Shown here in pieces: positions 37,950 through 50,597 of a stretch of DNA of 64,000 nucleotides (position 1 is its first letter; every line of letters begins with the position of its first letter). This DNA comes from Utricularia gibba (lineage: Eukaryota; Plantae; Magnoliophyta): NCBI GenBank assembly GCA_002189035.1, contig NEEC01000002.1:2728001-2792000 (forward strand). Direction: 5' to 3'. A program made the position numbers and the translations under genes. A model generated the notes under the pieces. It was not told where the DNA came from, ran no database searches, and worked only from the letters and a program-made list of their open reading frames with translations.

Positions 37950-40900
37950 CTCCCCCCCAAACCGAGATCTCCCAACTTGAGAAAGTCTTCCATAGTCATG
38001 AGATTCATGTTCTTCCTTGCTAGCTCAAATTGAACTCTGTTCAAATTTTTGATGAGCCCATCATCAAACTGATTCCCACTCTCAACATACTACACTTTAA
38101 TCTTCTTCTCCTTGATGTAATTCTTTATAACATGATACCTGATTCTTATGTGTTTGGCTTTGCTAAAGTTTGTTGGATCTTTAGCAATGGAGATTGCAGC
38201 TCGATTATCCATAAGCAGATATGTAGCTTCCTTCTAAATGAATCCAAGTTCGTTTAACATTTATCTCAACCAAACGCAATAGTTTGAAGCATGTGTTGTA
38301 GAGATGTATTTTGCTTCAGCTGTTGGTTGTGCTACCACCTTTTGTTTCTTCGAAAACCAGACTACATGGCTCTTATTTAAGAAGAAGAGTGCACCAGATG
38401 TACTCTTGCTATCTTTAGCCATACTATAATCACTATCTGAATAGGCTCTAAGTTTGAAGATTGGTTTTTTACCTTCATAGGGATAGAACAATCCGAAATT
38501 AGTATTAGATTTTATGTACCTGAAAGCTCTTTCCACAACAGCCATGTGAGTTGTTGGATTGCTGAGGAAGCGAGATAAGACATTTACACAAAAACACAGG
38601 TCAGGCCTTGTATGCTGGAGATAGATGAGGCTTCCAATCATACTTCTATAGGTATTAGCATCCACATTTCTTCCCTGGTTGTTTTCTCCAAACACTTGTT
38701 TGTAATCCAAAGGAGTTTTTGAAGGATTGACATCTTTGAACCCAAACCTTTCAAGAAGTTCATACTTCTTCAAGAAGATGACTGTTGATAAGTCTTCTGC
38801 ATTCGTGCCTTGCTCCTCTTCTAGAACTCTGAAATTCTCATCTGAATATTGATCATTGGCCTGATGTGATTGTTCATATAAGGGTTCTGAGATTGATTCT
38901 GAATTCTCATTGGGTGAGTCGTTTTCATTTGTGACCTTCTCCTCTTCTGGAGGTGGAGAATGCTCATCTGAATACTGATCATTTACTTGATTTGAATCTT
39001 CATGGAAGAGTTCTGAAATTGATTTTGAGTTCTCATTCACCTGTATATTTTCAATTCTATCTTCAGTTTCTTGGTTTATTGAATTCCTGGAAGAGATGTT
39101 TTGAGGCATGTGTGTCCAAAGGTCATCTTTCACGTGAGTGTTATGCCCTTCAAGATTTTTATGAGCTTCTGCATCATTCATAGAAATGCAATCATCAATC
39201 AAAGTGTACTTTACACCTTCATCAAAAGAGACATCATAACTAAAGATGAATTTCTTCTGGTCAGGTATATAAACTTTGTATCCCTTGGTAGTGTTGCTAT
39301 AACCAACAAATACACTAGGTACATATTTCTTATCAAGTTTTCCTCGTTTTTGGTTTGATACATGAGTAAAACACAAATTACCAAAGATTCTGAGATGATC
39401 AATCTTTTTAATATAACTATGCCATTTTTCACGGCGATTTTTCCATTAATTGCCCTAGAAGGAAGCAAGTTCAATAGATATACAGATGCAGATACCGCTT
39501 CAACCCAGAAATTTACAAGAAGATCTTTCTCAAACAATAGGCATCTTGACATATCAAGAATTATTCTGTTTCTCCTTTCACATATACTATTCTGTTGTGG
39601 AGAATATGGTACTGTGAATTGATGAATGAATCCCTCATTTTCACAAAACATTCTCATGCTATTATTGTAGAATTCACCTCCATTGTCTGAACTAATCATC
39701 TTTAAGGAGCATCCACTCTGATTCTCAATCATCACTTTGAATTTTCGAAAGATATGAGAAACTTCTGACTTGCTTTTAAGAAAGTAAACCCAAGAATAGC
39801 GTGAATAATCATTAATGAATGTAACAAAATATCTACTCTCCCCCCCCCCCCCCCAAATGAACATTCCTTAAATGGTCCACAAACATCGCACAAGTTCTAA
39901 TTTCTCCTTTGCTACTGAATCATTGAAATAAAATGGCTTTCTACACTGTTTACTTTGATGGCACACTTCACATATAGCATCAGCAAATTTGATATCTTTC
40001 AATTCCAGTACTTCGTTATTCTTCTGCAATATTTTCAGATTGTTGAAGCTATAGTGCCAAAGGCTGCTTTGATTTTGAAGTGAGAAAATAAAACTTTTAT
40101 AATCACTGACCATGATTTGGTTGAGGTTGTAGGTGGTCAACACAGCATGGAATTCAATCTTTGTTTTTGGATCAATAACTTTAACTTTAGCGGTTATACC
40201 ACAAGCATCCTTCATCAGCTCAATGTTAAAAACGTGCCTGCTCAATTGACCAAAGCTCAATAGATTCTATTTGAGGTTTGGTGAATAATAAACATCATCA
40301 ACTTGAACAATGACTTCTTTTAGCACGAGTAAAATGCTTCCTTTGCCCATAATGCCAATATTTTCACCAGTGCAAGTGCTTACCTCATTCCCAATCTTTT
40401 CAAGCTGGAGAAATGATCTTGTATCACAACATACATGATAGAAGTCACCAGAATCCAAGTACCACCCTTTAGCATCTAAGACTACTATCATTAGAACACA
40501 CTCATAATAACAAGGATCTTCAAAAGATATTTTTGGCTGGTCTTCAAAGTAGGTAAAGGATGCATGTGATTTTTCATCCTTGGAAGTAGTCTTCTTGTTA
40601 TGATCAACTTTGATTGGATTAGACATTCCACATACCTTGTCAAGATGGCCTCTTTGATTATATTTTGTGCACGAAACATCAGGCTTCCACCAACAAAACT
40701 CACTCCTGTGATTCTGTTTGTTGCAATGCTTGCAAGCATTTGTGTTTAAAGTCCAACAATATTCACTCTTGTGGCTGGATTTATCACAATGCATGTACTT
40801 CTGATTACCCATAATTGAAGTTGGGATTGACATTGGTGATTGTTTGAAGGCTGTTGACTTGACATCATCGACATTGTTAGTTGCACCTGAGTTTATATTC

Positions 40901-41730
40901 ATATTCTGCATTTTGGTGAGAAGAACAGCTTCAACATAAATTTTCTCAACCTCATAACCATCTCTTAGTTCCAATCTCTTTTCTGGAGATTGAAACTCAA
41001 TCATGAACTCTCTAAATGTTGGCTCTGGTGTAACATGATATTCAGGATACAGCTGATGGAGTTTTACTTCAATAATGTCAAGGATTTTTCTTTCTGTCTC
41101 AAATGCACATAACTTTGGCTTGAATCTTGCAGGTAGGTTCGTGATTGCCTTGCTAATCACCTTTTTATCCTCAAGTTTTTCCCCCAATCCTCGAATATCC
41201 TTCACAAGCTTCACAGTACGTTCATAATAGACTTGTATGGTTTCATTGTCTAACATTTTGTTCATCTCGAAGTCCTTCAGCTTGTTTTTGCATATTATCT
41301 CTCTGAGTTTGACATCACCATCATAATGGGATTTGAGAGTATCTCATATTTCTTTCGTTGATTGATACTTTGCAATATCATCAAATAGATGTTCAGAAAT
41401 AGCTTGACATAAGGCATCAATTGTTTTATCTTTTCTCTGTTGAAGATACTCAACTTCTTCTTGCTGTTCTGGTTTAGATTTGCTTGTTACTGTAATAGCC
41501 GGTATCTCTCTTTCAACAACATCCCAAATCGAAGGTAGCTATGCATCTTTTTGACCCAACTTCCATACTCAGAACCATCAAATATCAGAGGCCCCCTACC
41601 AGATGCCATCATAGCCATCATTTGACAAGCTTCGGGTTGATATTTGGCAAACCACAAAGTGAAAAAGGCTAAACGGTAAATAAAATATTGAAATGAACAC
41701 AGGTTTGAGAACGTTACTGCTCCGATACCA

Positions 41731-42030
41731 TGTTGATGCAAGAAAGATAGAGTTTTGGGAAGGAACGAAGTGATAATGCTTATGAGATCACCTTGGATGA
41801 AAAACGACTCATGAACAATAAGAATGACTGAAAACCTAATTTACACGTGTTTTTAGTAGAGTTTATATACTCAATACCTATGTTAACCATCAGTGGGCCA
41901 CAATCATTAAAAACACACAGAAAAGCTCAACTATTCGAACCCAACACTTTTTAACTAAAACATGATTTTATAACACAAGATTAGTGCTTCCAATCACTTT
42001 CAAGCTTTGGATTAAGTCTGATCTTCAACA
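41731..42030 (-). repeat. 5' LTR of the copia element (300 bp)
   Basis: TGTTGAT...CAACA, directly adjacent to the tRNA-Met PBS. Confidence 0.95.
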
Positions 42031-42682
42031 ATTTTAACTTTTTTTTTAAAAAAAGTTTACATACTATATTCTAAGGTATGATTTGAACATTTTTTTATGT
42101 TGCATTCTTATTTTTTAAAATATGAGAACGAGGGCTGATTTTTAGCAGAATATAGAATTTGAAATAAGAATATTATGTTACAAAATGAGAGAATAAAACT
42201 AGTTAATTTGATAAATGATTAAAATATATCAGTACTAAAATCATAATATGTTTAAATAATTTATATTTATATGAATATGTGTCATTTATTTAAAAATAAA
42301 AATATTTTTCATGAATAAATTTTACAAATATATATTTAAATAATGTCATATTTAATATATATGATAAAAATAATTGAAATTATTGTGATTAATAAAACTC
42401 AGGAAAAAATTAGAAAATTAAGTAAGTATTTTATAAATTATGTATATATTAAAGAATATATATGTTAAATAAACATCATTTTCAATAGAATCCTACATAA
42501 ACATATTAAACACAAGTCAATATTTTTAATTTTTTAATTATTTTTTTTTTCAAATCGTTTGAATTGAGTTATTCGAAGGAAAATTCACTGAAAACCAATT
42601 ATTATCCATAAAGGAAGGAAATCGTTTTTACAAGCTACATGGAAATTTTCAGATGGTCATCGTCGCCGTCTTCCATCTCGGC

Positions 42683-44795
42683 CTACTTTCCGGGGATCAC
42701 TGTATTCAAGTCTCCGACCACAGTGACCATGGACGGTCTGTTTTCCGGCAATGGGCTGGTGCAGTCCAGGCCGATTTTAACTAGCCGCGCGGCTTCCCAT
42801 GGCCGGAACCCTGGCTCCTGGTTGGGGCCGATGAGCGCCTCCCATTCTCCGGCCTCCGCGGAGGCTCTTGCTGAGACAGAAATTATCTTCTTTCCGGAAA
42901 GAACCTGAAGAACAATACCCCCAAATGCGTAAACATCGGTCTTCTCCGTAAACCTGCCGGTGGTGACGTACTCTGGCGCCATGTATCCCAAGGCGGCGCT
43001 CGCTTTCAGCGCTGAGTATACGACGTCGTCTGCTAGAAGATTCAAAACTCCAGAGTCGAGAATCAGTGGCTTCCAGTTCTCGTCCAGCACTACTTTTTCA
43101 GCGGATATGTTCTTGTGAATGAAACGCGGTTTCCCTGGTTCGTCTCTGTGAAGATACTCTATACCATTTGCTATTCCTTTGATGATGGAGATTCTTGTAG
43201 GCCAATCAAGGAGCTTACTGTTTTTATGATCATCGAGGTACCTGCACAAACTACCCTTTGGAGCAAATTCGTAGATTAGGAAGCATTCTCCTCGATCTCT
43301 GGAGCAGCAATATCCCTTCAAACTCACGAGGTTTTCATTGTTGAGTGACTTCAGTAATCCCAGTCCTTTGATGAACGCATCTTCCTCTGTTTTGCAGCTC
43401 ATTTTGTTCATAGTCTTGATTGCTACAATGGATCCATCCCTCACAACCCCCTTGTACACTGCTGTGAACTTGCTCTTCCCCAATAGATTCCTCTCTGAGA
43501 AATGTTGGGTTGCTGATTCAACCTCGTCCAGGTTGAACTTGTATCCCAAATGCGAGCCTTCCCATGACGAATCAAAGAATCTTTTGGTGAATTCTTTGAC
43601 TGGTTTTTGGCTTGGTGAAATCTCAAGTGAATCAGTGTTGTTTCCTTCTCTGGGCTTCAATTGCTGAAGCATGAAAACCGATATGAAGATCACAGAGGCA
43701 GCAGCTACGGCTGCACAAACAAGGGATCCTATCACAATTCCAATCTTTGGGAATCTTGATGACGACTTAAGAGGTGGTTCTTTCGTGAAATTCACTGGTT
43801 TAGGGATAGTGATTGAGGGCGCTTCTGGAGATGAAGCAAAAACTGGACTGGCAGTCCCACTATCCCACAAGGAACAAGCTCTTAGAGAAGGGAAACCAGA
43901 GCCACATAAACCAGTGTTGTTTCCAATGTTTAAGCCTTCCTTCATTCTCAAAAAGCCTTCATCATCAAGAAGAGTGTAAAGTGTTATCAAGATCTGTTAA
44001 ACCTGGGATTCATTAAACAGAGATCAAGAACTCACCTCTAGGAACAAATCCAGAAAGGTTGTTGGTTTGAACATCAAAAACTTCCAGAGATGGAGTGCTA
44101 GCAAGTTGGGATGGAATCGGACCAGTGAGCTGATTGAAGCTCAAATAGATCCTGTTCAGTGTCCCTGATTTCGCTAAGCTTACAGGGATATCCCTGTTAG
44201 TTGATTACGTTCTAATGCAAGAACTGTCAGCTTGTTCATGAATCCTAATGTTGTAGGTATCGTCCCTGTTAAACTGTTGCAGCATAACTGCAGAACTGCA
44301 AAATTCGTTTGACATTTTCAGTTGCTTTAAATTTTTACTTGCTCATTTGCAGGAAGTTTACTGACCTTGAAGGTTGGGCATGCTCCCAATTTCAGGGGGG
44401 ATAGTTCCAGTAAGATTATTGACATCCAGATAAAGATCTGTCAACTCAGTAAGATTAGCAATCCCTTTGGGAATCTCCCCACTTAAAGCATTGTAGTGCA
44501 AGTAAAGACCGGTGAGGTATTTGAGCTCCGCCACCGCAGGGGGCACTTTTCCGGTGAGGCCTTTTCCCTGGAGGGAAATATTGACCACTTTCAGGCGCTC
44601 ATTGCAAGCCACGCCCTCGAAAGTGCCTGCGCAGGGATCACCGTCTGGCTTCCACGATGACAAGTACTTGTTTTCTGGGTCAAGAGCGGCCTTCATCTCC
44701 ATCAACGCACTGAGCTCTGAGTTCCCCCATGTGAGCTTCGTTGTAAAAGAATAAACAAGAAACACAGTGAAGAGGAAGCCCTTAGGAATCTGCAT
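42683..44795 (-). CDS. LRR receptor-like kinase with atypical kinase domain (At4g22730/At2g45340/At5g51560-type); apparent 1-bp frameshift
   Basis: Signal peptide, ELSALMEMKAALDPENKYLSSW..GDPC..FEGVACNE..VVNISLQGKGLTG, LRRs, TM segment, then FNLDEVESATQHFSERNLLGKS, HKNISAEKVVLD, LKASAALGYMAPEYVTTGRFTEKTDVYAFG. Exons 44795-44366, 44295-44036, about 43956-42683. One G is missing at 44192-44194 (LTGDIPVSL). Confidence 0.92.
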
Positions 44796-45835
44796 TGGTA
44801 CGAGGAAACTCCTGCAGGCGCAGAAGCAAATACTGCTTTAAATTCTGGTATGTGAACACTCTCCCAATCTTGGAAAAGAATCTGGGGAAGAAGACAAGGG
44901 ATGTTCCGGGAAAATCCGTAGATCTTTGTCTTCGAGTGTTCCAAAAACGATAGATGAATGGGGACGCCAACACCCAATTCACAAAAGCTCAAAATGGAGG
45001 AGAAATCAATGACCCTTCAGAAGTGACTCTTGAGGGCGAGAATGTAAGAGAACCAGTACCACCCATTGATGGATGGTATGCAGCTATGACCACTGCTTCT
45101 CTATTGCGTTAACTGGTTAAGTACCATGTTCTTGGTCTGCAGTTGCAATAAATTCACTCCATATCGGCCCACAGTACTAAATGCATCTACCTCTTTGCCC
45201 ATGTCTATGCCCTTTGCTGATAAGAACACTACATTCCAGTAGAGCCCACAAACTCAGATATTCAGTGATGATGAATCGATCATCACCCATCCTGGTTCCC
45301 CGTTTCCATCGTCATGTTCATGGTCATAGTCCCATTTAAGAGAAGTAAATCTCTAATCACTGTAACTCGCCCCACCCCCAGACAGCATCCCTACAAGTTT
45401 GACCATGGAAGGGAGATGTGGTAAGGCCATGAGGAGCTCTCTGCACTTCCAGATGTGGGCACCTCCAGCAGTGAATGGTATGTCGTCCTCGTGATCCTTA
45501 CAGCTGATGTCTTATTGCTCAAATTGTCAAGTGCAAATTTTACTTCACAAAAAGCTACCTTAGGGAAGGAAAGGAAGTTTATGAAATGAAATAACAATGC
45601 TTGGGTGCCGTGAAAAGTCATCAGTTTTGCAGTTTTACATTATAAAAATGTAACCACAAAGAAAAGAGACACCTTGAAAGAACTGTAGCATAGATCTCAC
45701 AAATGCAGGGATCCTTGTTCATTCAGTAACATATGCGGAGTAACTAAGAAACAATGTACCCACAGAAACCAAATTGTCAGCAGATGATCGGGAGTTTATG
45801 AGGAAACGCAATAATGAAGCAATGGCTACTACTTT

Positions 45836-47139
45836 TCACCAAGAACTCTTCTTCTTCTTCGAGTCACTGTAACTAAGATACCAAGTCACAAACTTCTTCA
45901 GCCCTGTCTCCAAATCAGTAGTCGGCCTATAACCAAGCTCAGTTGCTGCTAAACTGATGTTTGCGTGCGTGAACAGAACATCTCCATTTCTCGGCAACTG
46001 CAAGACCTTCCTTTTCGCCTTTACCTTCAACAGTTTCTCCAAAATGCTGACAAGCCTCCATACTGGAACAGGGTTGGTGTTCCCCAAGTTATATATTCGA
46101 AATTGCGCTTCACCGTGCTTCTTCCCTCCACTTCCAGTGCTCTTCTTTGCAGTATCGAGTGCAGCTAAAGAGCCCTTCACTATGTCATCAATATACGTGA
46201 AGTCTCTAGCAACAGTAGCATGATTAGGGCCTTCAAAGATCTTGATCTCTTTCCCTCTGAGTATATCCTTGGTGAAGAAGTAATACGCCATGTCGGGCCT
46301 CCCCCAAGGTCCATAAACAGTGAAAAATCTCAAACCCGTGATTGAAAGCCCGTAGATATGGTTATAAGTGTGAGCTATTTCCTCACCAGCCTTCTTGGTG
46401 GCTGCATACAGACTAGCAGGCTGATCAGTTCTATCCTTTTCGGAAAAGGGGACTCTTGAATTGAGGCCATAGACAGAGCTTGAAGAAGCCCACACAACGC
46501 TCGGCTGCGGATTTTCATTTTTGCATACTTCCAGTAAGGTAACAAAGCCATTGACATTACTCTGAAGGTAAGAAGTGGGGTTTTGCATTGCATACCGAAC
46601 TCCGGCCTGGGCTGCCAAATGCATTACATGGGTGAAATGCGCAATTTGGAAGAGCTTGTTCAACAAATCGGAATCATTGATATCGCCTTCGACGACGTGA
46701 ATGCCTCTGCGCTCGAGAAGATTTTTCCGGGCTCTTTTCAGGCTTGTTTCGTAGTAACTGTTGAAATTATCAAGCCCAACGACGCCATCCCACGTCTCCT
46801 GAGCGCAATGGAGACATGGGTGCCAACAAAACCAGCAGCCCCAGTGACCAAAACAGTAAACCCAGAACTAGAAATGGGTCGGGCTGATTTCCGGACTTTC
46901 ATCTCCCAGTTGGCCTTAATATCGCTCGTGTGAAGGCTCCGGCGTTTACCGGCGGAGGAAGACGCCGGCGGCGAACATAGGAATAAAAGCAATATAAATG
47001 ATAGAAAGAGGGAGGACCAAAGAGTAAGCTTCGGGCTGAAACGGACACGGTTGAAGGCATACGGCGATGACTTGAATTTCCCCGGCGAAGATGGAATGAT
47101 GGGGTCCAAGTGCGAAAGCATGGGCTTCATTTGCGTCAT
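45836..47139 (-). CDS. GAE: UDP-D-glucuronate 4-epimerase (GAE5-like), intronless; apparent 1-bp frameshift
   Basis: SHLDPIIPSSPGKFK, TM anchor, VLVTGAAGFVG, FTHVMHLAAQAGVRYAM, WASSSSVYG, SLYAATKKAGE, GLRFFTVYGPWGRPDMAY, RDFTYIDDIV, KKKSSW*. One G is missing at 46789-46791 (RRRGDGVVGLDNFN). Confidence 0.96.
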
Positions 47140-49384
47140 CCTCCAAAAATGAAATTCAAAAGCAAGAGCAGGAACCCACTTTCCCAATCCTTCCTCAAAT
47201 CAATCGGGAAACCGGGTGGAGGACAGCGACAGATCACAGACAACAGAAACAGGACTTGATGCAGTTACTCAATCCAATGGAGAGATCAAGGTGAAATTGG
47301 TCAGCCCAAAACGGCATGGAGAAAGAACGAGAGAGACGATGAAGCAGGAAAACCTTCCTGCTTTCGCTGGAAAACCAGTAAGCCAGGAAGTGAGTGACAA
47401 GCCCGGTATAAATAACCCAAACCGATTCATAATTAGCACAGGATTTCACGCGTTTGAATTGGTAACGATGACCCATTCAATGGATATCCATCCACCTCCT
47501 CCTCCTCCTCCTCCTCCACCATCATCTCCTTCTCGAACCATCATCACCTAAACTGTCATGCACATCCTCCCTCAGATTCTTCTATCCATAGCATGTGTAT
47601 CTATCCTTAGTCCTCATGTTGATACAAAAGACAAAATTATTATTTGAATTCCAAAATGATACATACACATAATTCAAAAAGATGATGATTTAAATCCCAG
47701 TCTCAACAGTGATATTTATTCAAAAAATGAATAAGTATTATTTTTTAATTCAAATAATATTAATTTGGGTTCAACATATTTTTTTTCGTTGAATACGGAA
47801 TTAAATATTTAATATAAATTCGAAATTTCCATATTAGCTGTGTTTTGATATGATGGATTTCTAAACTAAACCTATCAAATATCATAAGCTAATTAGTTAA
47901 CAGACAGGGGCTTAGTGTGTAACGAGGAGTCAATTCCCCTAAGATTAAGGCATTAATCATTCCTAATACCTACGGTGATTACGAGGAGCCACTGGCCAAT
48001 AATAATCTACTCTTAAATTCATCAAAATTTTGAATTTTCAGAATAATTTTAATATATACCAAAAAAAAAAATTCCACCAACTTTAACTTGTGTATGAGCT
48101 TTTACATTTACTACATTTGTATGGAATGTTGGTCAAAGCAGAGAGTTGCCTTGTTTTTTGAGTATTCATAACTTGGAAAGTTTTTGACATGTTACACAAC
48201 ACACATCCAGAGATTTGGAAAGTTACCTTATCAATACTCGGTTGGTACATTTAGTTGGGAGGAAATTGCACCAAAAAATCTAAATGTTTTAATATTTTGG
48301 TAAAATTGATCTCCACTTTTTAATGCGAATTAAGTATTTCGTTCCTATTGACAAAGTCAGTCTCTAAAATTTGAGTATAATTAGTTTTCAAAATTTTATA
48401 TATTGAGTATAATTAATCTCCAAAATTTTATATTTATAATGTTTTTGATCTCTTACTTTTCTAACATTGGGTAGAATTACTTCCTTACGATTCAAAACTA
48501 TACACAGTTAATTTGAAGATTAATTTTATGAAGTTTTAGATGATTGGAGGTTACTAATGATAATTATTTCAAATAATGACACAATAAATATTAAATTATA
48601 AGTAATTAATTTTACTACTGTTTTGAAATAATAAATAATAATTATGTTTAAATAATAAAGAAATGAATAAAACAATTCAATAGGTTTTTTAAATCCAATA
48701 TTTTGCACTGGAAAATAAATTGAAAGAGGTTTTTCAAACGGAACGTCTTGCCGTGAGGAGTGAGATCACAACACTCGTACGGCGCGATGACGCTCACAAT
48801 CATGCGGATGCTCCTCCTGTTGCACGTGGTGGACTTGTACGATCCCCCCGACTTCCATCCCTGCCAGACCTCTATAATTAATTATCCCAAAATTCTTTAA
48901 ATAAAATAATGAATGACATAAACAAGAAAAAAGAAAAATAGAAAGTCCAAGGTGAGAAGAAACTAGTGAACACCTCGGTTTTGGAAGAGTCTTAATAGTA
49001 CGAATCAATGCACGCGGTGTTGCCCCGGGACGTGGTGGTGGTGTGCTAACTTGAACCAGGCCGGCCGAAGACAGATATATCCTCTGGGCATTCCGCACCA
49101 AAACCCAACTGCAAACCGAACAAAATCCTGACTGGATTCAGGGGTTTAGGAGTTCCAAAGGGGAACTTCTACGTCAATGCATACCAAAAACTACTACCAG
49201 TGGTACCTTCAGAGAGAGTAACACAACACGTTTAAAATATTGAAAACAGGGAGTTGCCTTGATTAAGTCTAATATCACTTTCTATTATATTAAGACAACA
49301 ATTTCATACATAGTATGTTTATTTTTTTCACATAGTTAATGATAGACGACCACTTTTCTATACACCTTGGAATTGGTTCCAACA

Positions 49385-50324
49385 CACACACAGACACTCA
49401 ATGTTAGAAGTTTTCCAAAAATTGCTTACAATTACAAGAGGGTGATTATAACGTAGATGAGGGAGCTCTCTTTTAGGTTCATCTTTGATTGCTTGGCGAT
49501 TTGGCCTTTCCTATAGAACAAGTAATTTCTTGTTTGATCCTCTTTCCTAATGATGAGTAGTACTCTCAATTGCCATCTTATGGCCTTTTTATTTTTTTTG
49601 TCTTCTTTAGTTTTACATGGTGTATCCGGGCTGCTGGTCATGTCATGGGCAATTGTACCAAATTGGCTCATTACATCCACCTTGGTTCTATCAACGAAAA
49701 AGCAGTTCGGCTGTCTCTCCTTCAAGATATGATGATCCTCTCAAGCAGGTTCTATGGGAGAACAACCTTTTCAATGAATGAAAACCTCAGGGTGGGCAGT
49801 AGTTCTATGGATTTCCAAAATGGCCCAAGGTTAGATTTTCACGACAACTTGCCAATTCTTGGGTAATGGATTAACGGTACGAGAAGTCCCTTTGCGAGGC
49901 CTTAACTTGGAGATGTGAGAAACTGGATGCAAACAAACATAGAGGGAAGATCAAGCTTTTATGCAAGATTGAAAAATTTGCTCGATGGAATTTGCTCGAG
50001 GGCCCTTAGAATTATGCTGAAAGGTCAAAGAACACTCTCACAGAATGCTACAAGTTTTCTGAAAACTGCCTAAAAATTACAAGACAGTGACTATAATCAG
50101 ACATAAAACGTGGATGTGAGTTGTCTTCTGGGTTCATCCTTGGTTACTTGAAGATTTAGCCGTTTTTCGGAAGATGCAATATCTTGTTTGATATCCTTTT
50201 CTAATGATGTGTATATACGCTGAAACGCCACCTCTTGTGCTTCTGTTTTGTCTTCTTCAGGTTTATGTGTTGTATCTCTGCTGCTGGTTGCCACGAGTGG
50301 CGGTCTCAAGTTGGCTCGTGACAG
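49385..50324. repeat. Degenerate direct duplication (about 49385-49667 vs about 50030-50324), possibly an LTR remnant
   Basis: Shared collinear blocks AATTACAAGA..GTGA.TATA, GGTTCATC.TTG, TCTTGTTTGAT, CTAATGATG, TTTGTCTTCTT, GCTGCTGGT and TTGGCTC at an offset of about 650 bp; roughly 70-75% identity by eye. Confidence 0.65.
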
Positions 50325-50597
50325 AAATGGTAAATGTGGTGGTATTTAATTATTGTGGTAAGGTTAATGTCTCAACCAAGAAGCGGTTCACATCATGGCA
50401 TGGTGCAGATAAGCTGAGTCAATCAAAACATCAAATTGGATGGTCTTGCTTCTCGTTCTGCGCAACGCATTGTGCTACAATCCATGCTCCTATTAGGATT
50501 GGGATAACAAAGAACGTCACAGCACCAAGACAGGAGAGCACTGCTATCACAATAAATTTTTTCAAAACCATATAAATGTTACCTGATGTTATTCAAC

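Larger units (their letters stand above)
37647..42030 (-). mobile_element. Full-length but defective Ty1/copia LTR retrotransposon (4384 bp)
   Basis: TG...CA LTRs at both ends; ATTTT target-site duplication (37642-37646 and 42031-42035); PBS TGGTATCGGAGC (41730-41719); PPT GGGGGGGAG (37958-37950). Domain order gag (CCHC knuckles), protease (WYLDSG), integrase ([36 protein letters not shown]), RT C-terminus/RNase H (YRSMIGSLIYL..TRPDL, AYSDSDY, KSTSG, WFSKKQ). Multiple stops and frameshifts. Confidence 0.97.

Noticed and set aside
39840-39854. C15 run (G15 on the element strand), a potential G-quadruplex
   Set aside because: A homopolymer expansion inside a decayed integrase; its length is unreliable given the homopolymer errors in this assembly.
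45000-45700. Moderately GC-rich spacer between the RLK start and the GAE stop with short ORFs
   Set aside because: No recognisable protein motif or splice-consistent model in any frame; most likely promoter/UTR sequence.
48131-48153. Partial resemblance to miR399 (CAAAGCAGAGAGTTGCCTTG)
   Set aside because: Several mismatches and an indel; no fold-back partner seen nearby.
48257-48484. Possible MITE with imperfect terminal inverted repeats (GGAGGAAATTGCACC...GGGTAGAATTACTTCC); similar AT-rich blocks near 15960-16420, 58020-58180 and 59440-59660
   Set aside because: Only about 11/16 TIR match, no target-site duplication found, and AT-rich sequence gives chance similarity.
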